Assembly: GCF_009914755.1 (NCBI RefSeq)
Contig: NC_060933.1
DNA length: 64,000 bases
Direction: 5' to 3' (one strand)
From: the human T2T-CHM13v2.0 reference genome, Homo sapiens
Of this stretch, positions 42,301 through 55,500 are shown in pieces. Every line of letters starts with the position of its first letter. The first letter of the stretch is position 1. The notes beneath the pieces were generated by a model that saw only the letters and a program-made list of their open reading frames with translations, was not told where the DNA came from and searched no databases. Position numbers and translations under genes: made by a program.

Positions 42301-44960
42301 ACTCGCGTTGATTCCATTCCATTCCATTCCATTCCATTCCATTCCATTCCATTCCATTCCATTCCGTTCCATTCCATTCCATTCCATTCCATTCCGTTCC
42401 GTTCCGTTCCGTTCCGTTCCATTCCATTCCATTCCATTCTATTCGGGTTAATTCCATTCCATTCCATTCGACTGCAATCGAGTTGATTTCATTCCATTCC
42501 ATTCCATTCCATTCCATTCCATTCCATTCCATTCCATTCCTTTCCATTCCATTCCATTCCATTCCATTCCATTCCGTTCCGTTCCGTTCCGTTCCGTTCC
42601 ATTCCATTCCATTCCATTCTATTCGGGTTAATTCCATTCCATTCCATTCCATTGCAATGGAGTTCATTCCATTCCATTCCATTCCATTCCATTCCATTCC
42701 ATTCCATTCCATTCCATTCCTTTCCATTCCATTACGGATGATTCCATTCCATTGCATTCCATTCCATTCCATTCCCCTGTACTCGGGTTGATTCCATTCC
42801 ATTCCATTCCAATTCCTGCCATTCCACTCGTGTTGATTCCATTCTTTCCATTCCATTCAAGTTGAATCCATTCCATTGCATTCCATTCCATTCCATTCCC
42901 CTGCAGTCGGGTTGTTTCCATTCCATTCCATTCCATTCCATTCCATTCCGTTCCATTCCATTCCATTATATTCTATTCGGGTTAATTCCATTCCATTCCA
43001 TTCCATTCCATTCCATTCCAATCGAGTTGATTCCATTCCATTCCATTCCATTCCATTCCACTCCATTCCAGTCCTTCCCATTCCATTCCACTCGGGTTAA
43101 TCCCAATGTATTCCTTTCCATTCCATTCTATTCCATTGCAATCGAGCTGATTCCATTGCTTTGCATTCCATTCCATTCCATTCCATTCCGGATGATTCCA
43201 TTCCATTGCATTCCATTCCATTCCATTCCCCTGCACTCGGGTTGATTCCATTCCATTCCACTCCATTCCGTTCCATTCCATTCCATTGCATTGTATTCAG
43301 GTTAATTCCATTCCATTCCATTCCATTCCATTCCATTCCATTCCATTCCATTCCATTACAATCGAGTTGATTCCATTCCATTCCATTCCATTCCATTCCA
43401 GTCCTTTCCATTCCATTCCTCTCGGGTTGATTCCATTCTATTAGTTTCCATTCCATTCCATTCCCTTCCATTCCACTCTGGTTGATTCCATTCCTTTCCA
43501 TTCCCCTCGAATACATTCCCTCCTATTCCACTCGGAAGGATTCCATTCCATTCCATTCCATTCCATTCCATTCCATTCCATTCCATTTCGTTCCATTCCA
43601 TTCTATTCCGTATCATTCCATTCCATTCAATTTCATTCCATTCCATTCCATTGCATTCCATTGTAGTCGGGTTGATTCAATTCCATTGCATTCCATTCCA
43701 TTCCATTCCATTCCATTCCGTTGCATTCCATTCCATTACATTCGGATTGATTCTATTCAACTCCCTTACTCTCCATTACATTCCATTCCATTCGGGTTGT
43801 TCCATTCCATTCCATTCCATTCCACTCCATTCCATTGCACTCGGGTTGATTCCATTCCATTCCATTCCATTCCATTCCATTCCATTCCGGATGATTCCAT
43901 TCCATTGCATTCCGTTCCATTACTTTCCCCTGCACTCGCGTTGATTCCATTCCATTCCATTCCATTCCATTCAATTCCATTCCATTACAATTCGTTCCAT
44001 TCCATTCCATTCCGTACCATTCCATTTCATTCCATACCATTCCATTCCATTCCATTCCATTCCATTCCATTGCGTTCCATTCCGTTCCATTCCATTCCAT
44101 TCCATTCTATTCGAATTAATTCCATTCCATTCCATTCCATTCTATTCCATTCCATAGCAATCGAGTTGAATCCATTGCATTTCATTCCATTCCATTCCAT
44201 TCCATTCCATTCCGGAAGATTCCATTCCATTGCATTCCATTCCATTCCCCTGCACTCGCGTTGATTCCATTCCATTCCATTCCATTCCATTCCATTCCAT
44301 TCCGTTCCGTTCCGTTCCATTCCATTCCATTTCATTCCATTCTATTCCGTTCCGTTCCATTCCATTCCATTCCATTCTATTCGGGTTAATTCCATTCCAT
44401 TCCATTCGATTCCAATCGAGTTGATTCCATTCCATTCCATTCCATTCCATTCCACTCCATTCCAGTCCTTTCCATTCCATTCCACTCGGGTTGATTCCAA
44501 TGTATTCCTTTCCATTCCATTCCATTCCATTGCAATCGAGTTGATTCCATTGCTTTGCATTCCATTCCATTCCATTCCATTCCGGATGATTCCATTCCGT
44601 TGCATTCCATTCCATTCCATTCCCCTGCACTCGGGTTGATTCCATTCCATTCCACTCCATTCCGTTTCATTCCATTCCATTCCATTTTATTCGGGTTAAT
44701 TCCATTCCATTGCATTCCATTCCATTCCATTCCCCTGCATTCGGGTTGATTCCATTCCATTCCACTCCATTCCGTTCCATTCCATTCCATTCCATTGTAT
44801 TCGGGTTAATTCCATTCCATTCCATTCCATTCCATTCCATTTCATTCCATTACAATCGAGTTAATTCCATTCCATTCCATTCCATTCCATTCCATTCCAG
44901 TCCTTTCCTTTCCATTCCACTCGGGTTGATTCCATTTTATTAGTTTCCATTCCATTCCAT
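39311..44960 (+). repeat. Near-tandem ~3.26-kb duplication carrying copies 2 and 3 of the 2.5-kb block
   Basis: Offsets are 3258-3273 (39585->42858, 40018->43281, 41084->44342, 41452->44710). Confidence 0.88.
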
Positions 44961-47900
44961 TCAATTCCATTCGATTCCATTCCATTCCCCTGCACTGGCG
45001 TTGATTCCATTCCATTCCATTCCATTCCATTCCATTCCATTCCATTCCTTTCCATTCCAGTCCTTTCCATTCCATTCCACTCGGGTTGATTCCATTCTAT
45101 TTGTTTCCATTCCATTCCATTCCCTTCCATTCCACTCTGGTTGATTCCATTCCTTTCCATTCCACTCGAATACATTCCCTCCTATTCCACTCGGAACGAT
45201 TCCATTCCATTCCATTCCATTCCATTCCATTCCATTCCATTCCATTCCATTCCATTCCATTTCGTTCCATTCCATTCTATTCCGTATCATTCCATTGCAT
45301 TCCTCTCGTGTTGATTCCATTCCTTTCCATTCCATTCGGTTTGAACGCATTCCATTGCATTCCATTCCATTCCATTCCTTTCCATTCCATTCCATTGTAC
45401 TCGGGTTGATTGCATTCCATTGCATTCCATTCCATTCCATTCCGTTGCATTCCATTCCATTACATTCGGAATGATTCTATTCAACTCCCTTACTCTCCAT
45501 TACATTCCATTCCATTCGGGTTGTTGCATTCCATTCCATTCCATTCCACTCCATTCCACTGCACTCGGGTTGATTCCATTCCATTCCATTCCATTCCATT
45601 CCATTCCATTCCGGATGATTCCATTCTATTGCATTCCGTTCCATTACATTCCCCTGCACTCGCGTTGATTCCATTCCATTCCATTCAATTCCATTCCATT
45701 ACAATTCGTTCCATTCCATTCTATTCCGTACCATTCCATTCCATTCCATACCATTCCATTCCATTCCATTCCATTCCATTCCGTTCCATTCCGTTCCATT
45801 CCATTCCATTCTATTCGGGGTAATTCCATTCCATTCCATTCCATTCCATTCTATTCCATTCCATTGCAATCGAGTTGAATCCATTGCATTTCATTCCATT
45901 CCATTCCATTCCATTCCGTTCCGTTCCATTCCATTCCATTCCATTCTATTCGGGTTAATTCCATTCCATTCCATTCGATTTCAATCGAGTTGATTCCATT
46001 CCATTCCATTCCATTCCTTTCCATTCCATTACGGATGATTCCATTCCATTGCATTCCATTCCATTCCATTCCCCTGTACTCGGGTTGATTCCATTCCATT
46101 CCATTCAAATCCATGCCATTCCACTCGTGTTGATTCCATTCTTTCCATTCCATTCAAGTTGAATCCATTCCATTGCATTCCATTCCATTCGATTCCATTC
46201 GACTGCGCTCGGGTTGATTCCATTCCATTGCATTCCATTCCATTCCATTCCATTCCATTCCATTCCATTCCATTCCATTCCATTCCATTCCGTTCCATTC
46301 CATTCCGTTCCATTCCATTCCATTACATTCGGATTGATTCTATTCAATTCCCTTACACTCCATTACTTCCATTCCATTCTGGTAGCTTCCATTCCATTCC
46401 ATTCCATTCCTCTCCATTCCATTGCACTCGGGTTGATTCCATTCCATTGCATTCCATTCCATTCCATTCAATTCCATTCCGTTCCATTCCATTCCATTAT
46501 ATTCGGATTGATTCTATTCAACTCCCTTACTCCCCATTCCATTCCATTCCATTCGGGTTGTTGCATTCCATTCCATTCCATTCCACTCCATTCCATTGCA
46601 CTCGGGGTGATTCCATTCCATTCCATTCCATTCCATTCCATTCCATTCCATTCCGGAAGATTCCATTCCATTGCCTTCCATTCCATTCCATTCCCCTGCA
46701 CTCGCGTTGATTCCATTCCATTCCATTCTATTCCATTCCATTCCCTTCCTTTCCGTTCCATTCCATTCCATTCCATTCCATTCCATTCCATTCCATTCCG
46801 TTCCGTTCCATTCCATTCCATTCCATTCTATTCGGGTTAATTCCATTACATTCCATTCGATTGCAATCGAGTTGATTCAATTCAATTCCATTCCATTCCA
46901 TTCCATTCCATTCGATTCCATTCGATTCCATTCGATTGAGCTCGGGTTGATTCCATTCCATTGCATTCCATTCCATTCCATTCCATTCCATTCCATTCCA
47001 TTCCTCTCCATTCCATTGCACTCGGGTTGATTTCATTCCATTCCATTCCATTCCATTACATTACATTACATTACATTCCGTTCCATTTTACTCGGGTTGA
47101 TTCCATTCCATTGCATTCCATTCCATTCCATTCCATTCCAATCCATTCCATTCCATTCCGTTCCATTCCATTACATTCGGATTGATTCTATTCAACTCTC
47201 TTACTCTCCATTACATTCCATTACATTCGGGTTGTTCCATTCCATTCCATTCCATTCCACTCCATTCCATTGCGCTCGGGTTGATTCCATTCCATTCCAT
47301 TCCATTCCATTCCATTCCATTCCATTCCATTCCGGATGATTCCATTCCATTGCATTCCGTTCCATTACATTCCCATGCACTCGGGTTGATTCCATTCCAT
47401 TCCATTCCATTCCATTCGATACCATTCCATTCCAATTCTTTCCATTCCATTCTATTCCGTACCATTCCATTCCATTCCATACAATTGCATTCCATTCCAT
47501 TCCACAACGTTCCGTTCCGTTCCGTTCTTTTCCGTTCCATTCCATTCCATTCCATTCCATTCTATTCGGTTTAATTCCATTCCATTCCATTCCATTCCAT
47601 TCCATTCTATTCCATTCCATTGCAATAGAGTTGAATCCATTGCATTCCATTCCATTCCATTCCATTCCATTCCATTCCGGAAGATTCCATTCCATTGCAT
47701 TCCATTCCATTCCATTCCATTCCATTGTACTCGGGTTGATTCCATTCCATTGCATTCCATTGAATTCCATTCCATTCCATTCAATTCCGTTCCATTCCAT
47801 TCCATTCCATTCGGATTGATTCTTTTCAACTCCCTTACTCTCCATTACATTCCATTCCATTCGGGTTGTTCCATTGCATTCCATTCCATTCCACTCCATT

Positions 47901-48859
47901 CCATTGCACTCGGGTTGATTCCATTCCATTCCATTCCATTCCATTCCATTCCATTCCGGATGATTCCATTCCATTGCATTCCGTTCCATTACATTCTCCT
48001 GCACTCGGCTTGATTCCATTCCATTCCTTTCCATTCCATTCGATTCCATTCCATTCCCCGGCACTCGCGTTGATTCCATTCCATTCCATTCCATTCCATT
48101 CCATTCCATTCCATTCCTTTCCGTTCCATTCCATTCCATTCCATTCCGTTCCGTTCCATTCCATTCCATTCCATTCTATTCGGGTTAATTCCATTCCATT
48201 CCATTCGATTGCAATCGAGTTGATTCCATTCCATTCCATTCCATTCCATTCCATTCCATTCCATTCCTTTCCAGTCCTTTCCATTCCTTTCCATTCCATT
48301 ACTGATTATTCCATTCCATTGCATTCCATTCCATTCCATTCCCCTGTACTCGGGTTGATTCCATTCCATTCCATTCCATTCCAATCCATGCCATTCCACT
48401 CGTGTTGATTCCATTCTTTCCTTTCCATTCAAGTTGAATCCATTCCATTGCATTCCATGGCATTCGATTCCATTCGATTGCACTCGGGTTGATTCCATTC
48501 CATTTCATTCCATTCCATTCCATTCCATTCCATTTCATTCCATTCCATTCCATTCCATTGCATTCCATTCCATTCCGTTCCATTCCATTCCATTACATTC
48601 GAATTGATTCTATTCAATTCCCTTACACTCCATTACATTCCATTCCATTCGGGTAGTTTCCATTCCATTCCATTCCATTCCTCTCCATTCCATTGCACTC
48701 GGGTTGATTCCATTCCATTGCATTCCATTCAATTCCATTCGGTTCCATTCCATTGCATTCGGATTGATTCTATTCAACTCCCTTACTCTCCATTACATTC
48801 CATTCCATTCGGGTTGTTCCATTCCATTCCATTCCATTCCACTCCATTCCATTGCACTC

Positions 48860-50120
48860 GGGTTGATTCAATTCCATTGCATTCCATTCCATTCCATTCC
48901 ATTCCATTCCATTCCATTCCATTCCGTTGCATTCCATTCCATTACATTCGGATTGATTCTATTCAACTCCCTTACTCTCCATTACATTCCATTGCACTCG
49001 GGTTGATTCCATTCCATTCCATTCCATTCCATTCCGTTGCATTCCATTCCATTACATTCGGATTGATTCTATTCAACTCCCTTACTGTCCATTACATTCC
49101 ATTGCACTCGGGTTGATTCCATTCCATTCCATTCCATTCCATTCCATTCCATTCCGGATGATTCCATTCCATTGCATTCCGTTCCATTACATTCCCCTGC
49201 ACTCGCGTTGATTCCATTCCATTCCATTCCATTCCATTCAATTCCATTCCATTACAATTCGTTCCATTCCATTCTATTCCGTACCATTCCATTCCATTCC
49301 ATACCATTCCATTCCATTCCATTCCATTCCATTCCGTTCCATTCCGTTCCATTCCATTCCATTCTATTCGGATTAATTGCATTCCATTCCATTCCATTCC
49401 ATTCTATTCCATTCCATTGCAATCGATTTGAATCCATTGCATTTCATTCCATTTCATTCCATTCCGGAAGATTCCATTCCATTGCAATCGAGTTGATTCC
49501 ATTCCATTCCATTCCATTCCATTCCATTCCATTCCATTCCTTTCCATTCCATTACGGATGATTCCATTCCATTGCATTCCATTCCATTCCATTCCCCTGT
49601 ACTCGGATTGATTCCATTCCATTCCATTCCAATCCATGCCATTCCACTCGTGTTGATTCCATTCTTTCCATTCCATTCAAGTTGAATCCATTCCATTGCA
49701 TTCCATTCCTTTCGATTCCATTCTATTGCACTCGGGTTGATTCAATTCTATTGCATTCCATTCCATTCCATTCCATTCCATTCCATTCCATTCCATTCCG
49801 TTGCATTCCATTCCATTACATTCGGATTGATTCTATTCAACTCCCTTACTCTCCATTACATTCCATTGCACTCGGGTTGATTCAATTCCATTGCATTCCA
49901 TTCCATTCCATTCCATTCCATTCCATTCCATTCCATTCCATTCCGTTGCATTCCATTCCATTACATTCGGATTGATTCTATTCAACTCCCTTACTCTCCA
50001 TTACATTCCATTGCACTCGGGTTGATTCCATTCCATTCCATTCCATTCCATTCCGTTGCATTCCATTCCATTACATTCGGATTGATTCTATTCAACTCCC
50101 TTACTCTCCATTACATTCCA
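48860..50120 (+). repeat. Two short clusters (2x and 3x) of a 110-145-bp module
   Basis: GTTGCATTCC..ACATTCGGATTGATTCTATTCAACTCCCTTACT recurs, with CGGATTG at 48949, 49059, 49823, 49968 and 50078. Confidence 0.8.
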
Positions 50121-52549
50121 TTCCATTCGGGTTGTTCCATTCCATTCCATTCCATTCCACTCCATTCCATTGCACTCGGGTTGATTCCATTCCATTCCAT
50201 TCCATTCCATTCCATTCCGGATGATTCCATTCCATTGCATTCCGTTGCATTACATTCCCCTGCACTCGCGTTGATTCCATTCCATTCCATTCCATTCCAT
50301 TCAATTCCATTCCATTACAATTCGTTCCATTCCATTCTATTCCATACCATTCCATTCCATTCCATACCATTCCATTCCATTCCATTCCATTCCATTCCAT
50401 TCCATTCCGTTCCGTTCCGTTCCATTCCATTCCATTCCATTCTTTTCGGGTTAATTCCATTCCATTCCATTCCATTCCATTCCATTCCATTCCATTCTAT
50501 TCCATTCCATTGCAATCGAGTTGAATCCACTGCATTTCATTCCATTCAATTCCATTCCATTCCATTCCGGAAGTTTCCATTCCATTGCATTCCACTCCAT
50601 TCCATTCCCCTGCACTCGCGTTGATTCCATTCCATTCCATTCCATTCCATTCCATCCATTCTGTTCCGTTCCGTTCCATTCCATTCCATTCCATTCCATT
50701 CCATTCCATTCTGTTCCGTTCCATTCCATTCCATTCCATGACATTCTATTCGGGTTAATTCCATTCCATTCCATTCGATTGCAATCGAGTTGATTCCATT
50801 CCATTCCATTCCATTCCATTCCATTCCATTCCTTTCCATTCCATTACGGATGATTCCTTTCCATTGCATTCCATTCCATTCCATTCCCCTGTACTCGGGT
50901 TGATTCCATTCCATTCCATTCCAATCCATGCCATTCCACTCGTGTTGATTCCATTCTTTCCATTCCATTCAAGTTGAATCCATTCCATTGCATTCCTTTC
51001 CATTCGATTCCATTCGATTGCACTCGGGTTGATTCCATTCCATTGCATTCCATTCCATTCCATTCCATTCCATTCCATTCCATTCCATTCCGTTCCATTC
51101 CATTCCATTACGTTCGGATTGATTCTATTCAATTCCCTTACACTCCATTACATTCCATTCCATTCGGGTAGTTTCCATTCCATTCCATTCCATTCCTCTC
51201 CATTCCATTGCACTCGGGTTGATTCCATTCCATTGCATTCCATTCCATTCCATTCAATTCCATTCCGTTCCATTCCATTCCATTACATTTGGATTGATTC
51301 TATTCAACTGCCTTACTCTCCATTACATTCCATTCCATTCGGGTTGTTCCATTCCATTCCATTCCATTCCACTCCATTCCATTGCACTCGGGTTTATTCC
51401 ATTCCATTCCATTCCATTCCATTCCATTCCATTCCATTCCGGAAGATTCCATTCCATTGCATTCCATTCCATTCCATTCCCCTGCACTCGCGTTGATTCC
51501 ATTCCATTCCATTCCATTCCATTCCATTCCATTCCTTTCCGTTCCATTCCATTCCATTCCATTCCATTCCAATCCATTCCATTCCGTTCCGTTCCGTTCC
51601 ATTCCATTCCATTCCATTCTATTTGGGTTAATTCCATTCCATTCCATTCGATTGCAATCGAGTTGATTCCATTCCATTCTATTCCATTCCATTCCATTCC
51701 ATTCCATTCCTTTCCATTCCATTCCATTATGGATGATTCCATTCCATTGCATTCCATTCAATTCCATTCCCCTGTACTCGGGTTGATTCCTTTGCATTCC
51801 ATTCCAATCCATGCCATTCCACTCGTCTTGATTCCATTCTTTCCATTCCATTCAAGTTGAATCCATTCCATTGCATTCCATTCCATTCCATTCCCCTGCA
51901 GTCGGGTTGATTCCATTCCATTCCATTCCATTCCATTCCATTCCATTCCATTCCGTTCCGTTCCGTTCCATTCCATTCCATTCCATTCTATTCGGGTTAA
52001 TTCCATTCCATTCCATTCCATTCCATTCCAATCGAGTTGATTCCATTCCATTCCATTCCATTCCATTCCACTCCATTCCAGTCCTTTCCATTCCATTCCA
52101 CTCGGGTTGATTCCAATGTATTCCTTTCCATTCCATTCCATTCCATTGCAATCGAGTTGATTCCATTGCTTTGCATTCCATTCCATTCCATTCCATTCCG
52201 GATGATTCCATTCCATTGCATTCCATTCCATTCCATTCCCCTGCACTCGGGTTGATTCCATTCGATTCCACTCCATTCCGTTCCATTCCATTCCATTCCA
52301 TTCTATTCGGGTTAATTCCATTCCATTCCACTCCATTCCATTCCATTCCATTCCATTCCATTCCGGATGATTCCATTCCATTGCATTCCATTCCATTCCA
52401 TTCCCCTGCACTCGGGTTGATTCCATTCGATTCCACTGCATTCCATTCCATTCCATTCCTCTCCATTCCATTGCACTCGGGTTGATTCCATTCCATTCCA
52501 TTGCATTCCATTCCATTCCATTCCGGATGATTCCATTCCATTGAATTCC

Positions 52550-55500
52550 ATTGCATTCCATTCTCCTGCACTTGGGTTGATTCCATTCCATTCCATTACA
52601 TTCCTTTCTTTTCCATTCCATTCCATTCCATTCTTTCGTGTTAATTCCATTCCATTCTATTCCATTCCATTCCATTGAAATCGAGTTGATTCCATTCCAT
52701 TCCATTCCATTCCATTCCATTCCATTCCATTCCATTCCGGATGATTCCATTCCATTCCATTCCGTTCCATTCCATTCCATTGTACTCGGGTTGATTCCAT
52801 TCCATTGCATTCCATTCCATTCCATTCCATTTCATTCCGTTGCATTCCATTCCATTACATTCGGATTGATTCTATTCAACTCCCTTACTCTCCATTACAT
52901 TCCATTCCATTCGGGTTGTTCCATTCCATTCCATTCCATTCCACTCCATTCCATTGCATTCGGGTTGATTCCATTCCATTCCATTCCATTCCATTCCATT
53001 CCGGATTATTCCATTCCATTGGATTCCGTTCCATTACATTCCCCTGCACTCGCGTTGATTCCATTCCATTCCATTCAATTCCATTCCATTACAATTCGTT
53101 CCATTCCATTCTATTCCGTACCATTCCATTCCATTCCATGCCATTCCATTCCATTCCATTCCATTCCATTCCATTCCTTTCCATTCCGTTCCATTGCATT
53201 CTATTCGGGTTAATTCCATTCCATTCCATTCCATTCCATTCTATTCCATTCCATTGCAATCGAGTTGAATCCATTGCATTTCATTCCGTTCCATTCCATT
53301 CCATTCCATTCTGGAAGATTCCATTCCATTGCATTCCATTCCATTCCATTCCCCTGCACTCGCGTTGATTCCATTCCATTCCATTCCATTCCATTCCATT
53401 CCATTCCATTCCGTTCCATTCCATTCCATTCCATTCTATTCGGGTTAATTCCATTCCATTCCATTCGATTGCAATCGTGTTGATTCCATTCCATTCCATT
53501 CCATTCCATTCCATTCCATTCCATTCCATTCTTTCCATTCCATTACGGATGATTCCATTTCATTGCATTCCATTCCATTCCATTCCCCTGTACTCGGGTT
53601 GATTCCATTCCATTTCATTCCAATCCATGCCCTTCCACTCTTGTTGACTCCATTCATTCCATTCCATTCAAGTTGAATCCATTCCATTGCATTCCATTCC
53701 ATTCGATTCCATTCGATTGCACTCGGGTTGATTCCATTCCATTGCATTCCATTCCTTTCCATTCCATTCCATTCCATTCCATTCCGTTCCATTCCATTCC
53801 ATTACAATCGGATTGATTCTATTCAATTCCCTTACACTCCATTACATTCCATTCCATTCGGGTAGTTTCCATTCCATTCCATTCCATTCCTCTCCATTCC
53901 ATTGCACTCGGGTTGATTCCATTCCATTGCATTCCATTCCATTCCATTCAATTCCATTCCGTTCCATTCCATTCCATTACATTCGGATTGATTCTATTCA
54001 ACTCCCTTACTCTTCTTTACATTCCATTCCATTTGGGTTGTTCCATTCCATTCCATTGCATTCCACTCCATTCCATTGCACTCGGGTTTATTCAATTCCA
54101 TTCCATTCCATTCCATTCCATTCCATTCCAATCCGGAAGATTCCATTCCATTGCATTCCATTCCATTCCATTCCCCTGCACTCGCGTTGATTCCATTCCA
54201 TTCCATTCCATTCCATTCCTTTCCGTTCCATTCCATTCCATTCCATTCGATTGCAATCGAGTTGATTCCATTCCATTCCATTCCATTCCATTCCATTCCT
54301 TTCCATTCCATTACGGATGATTCCATTCCATTGCATTACATTCCATTCCATTCCCCTGTACTCGGGTTGATTCCTTTCCATTCCATTCCATTCCATTCTA
54401 TTCCATTCCATTCCATTCCATTCCGGAAGTTTCCATTCCATTGCATTCCATTCCATTCCATTCCCCTGCACTCGCGTTGATTCCATTCCATTCCATTCCA
54501 TTCCATTCCATTCCATTCCATTCCGATCCGTTCCATTCCATTCCATTCCATTCCATTCCGTTCCGTTCCATTCCATTCCATTCCATTCCATTCTATTCGG
54601 GTTAATTCCATTCCATTCCATTGAATTGCAATCGAGTAGATTCCATTCAATTCCATTCCATTCCATTCCATTCCATTCCATTCCTTTCCATTACATTACG
54701 GGTGATTCCATTCCATTTCATTCCATTCCATTCCATTCCCCTGTACTCGGGTTGATTCTATTCCATTCCATTCCAATCCATGCCATTCCACTCGTGTTGA
54801 TTCCATTCTTTCCATTCCATTCAAGTTGAATCCATTCCATTGCATTCCATTCCATTCGATTCCATTCGATTGCACTCGGGTTGATTCCATGGCATTGCTT
54901 TCCATTCCATTCCATTCCATTCCATTCGGATTCATTCTATTCAATTCCCTTACACTCCATTACATTCCAATCCATTCGTGTAGTTTCCATTCCATTCCAT
55001 TCCATTCCTCTCCATTCCATTGCATTCGGGTTGATTCCATTCCATTCCATTCCATTCCATTCCATTCCATTCCATTCCATTCCGGATGATTCCATTCCAT
55101 TGAATTCCATTCCATTCCATTCCCCTGCACTTGGGTTGATTCCATTCCATTCCATTCCATTCCTTTCTGTTCCATTGCATTCCATTCCATTCCATTCTAT
55201 TCGTGTTAATTCCGTTCCATTCTATTCCATTCCATTCCATTGAAATCGAGTTGATTCCATTCCATTCAATTCCATTCCATTCCATTCCATTCCATTCCAT
55301 TCCATTCGGGATGATTCCATTCCATTGCATTCCATTCCATTCCATTCCCCTGCACTCGGGTTGATTCCATTCCGTTCCATTCCATTACATTCCATTCCAT
55401 TCCGTTCCATTTCATTCTATTCGGGTTAATTCCATTCCATTCCATTCCACTCCATTCCAGTCCTTTCCATTCCATTCCACTCGGGTTGATTCCTTTCTAT

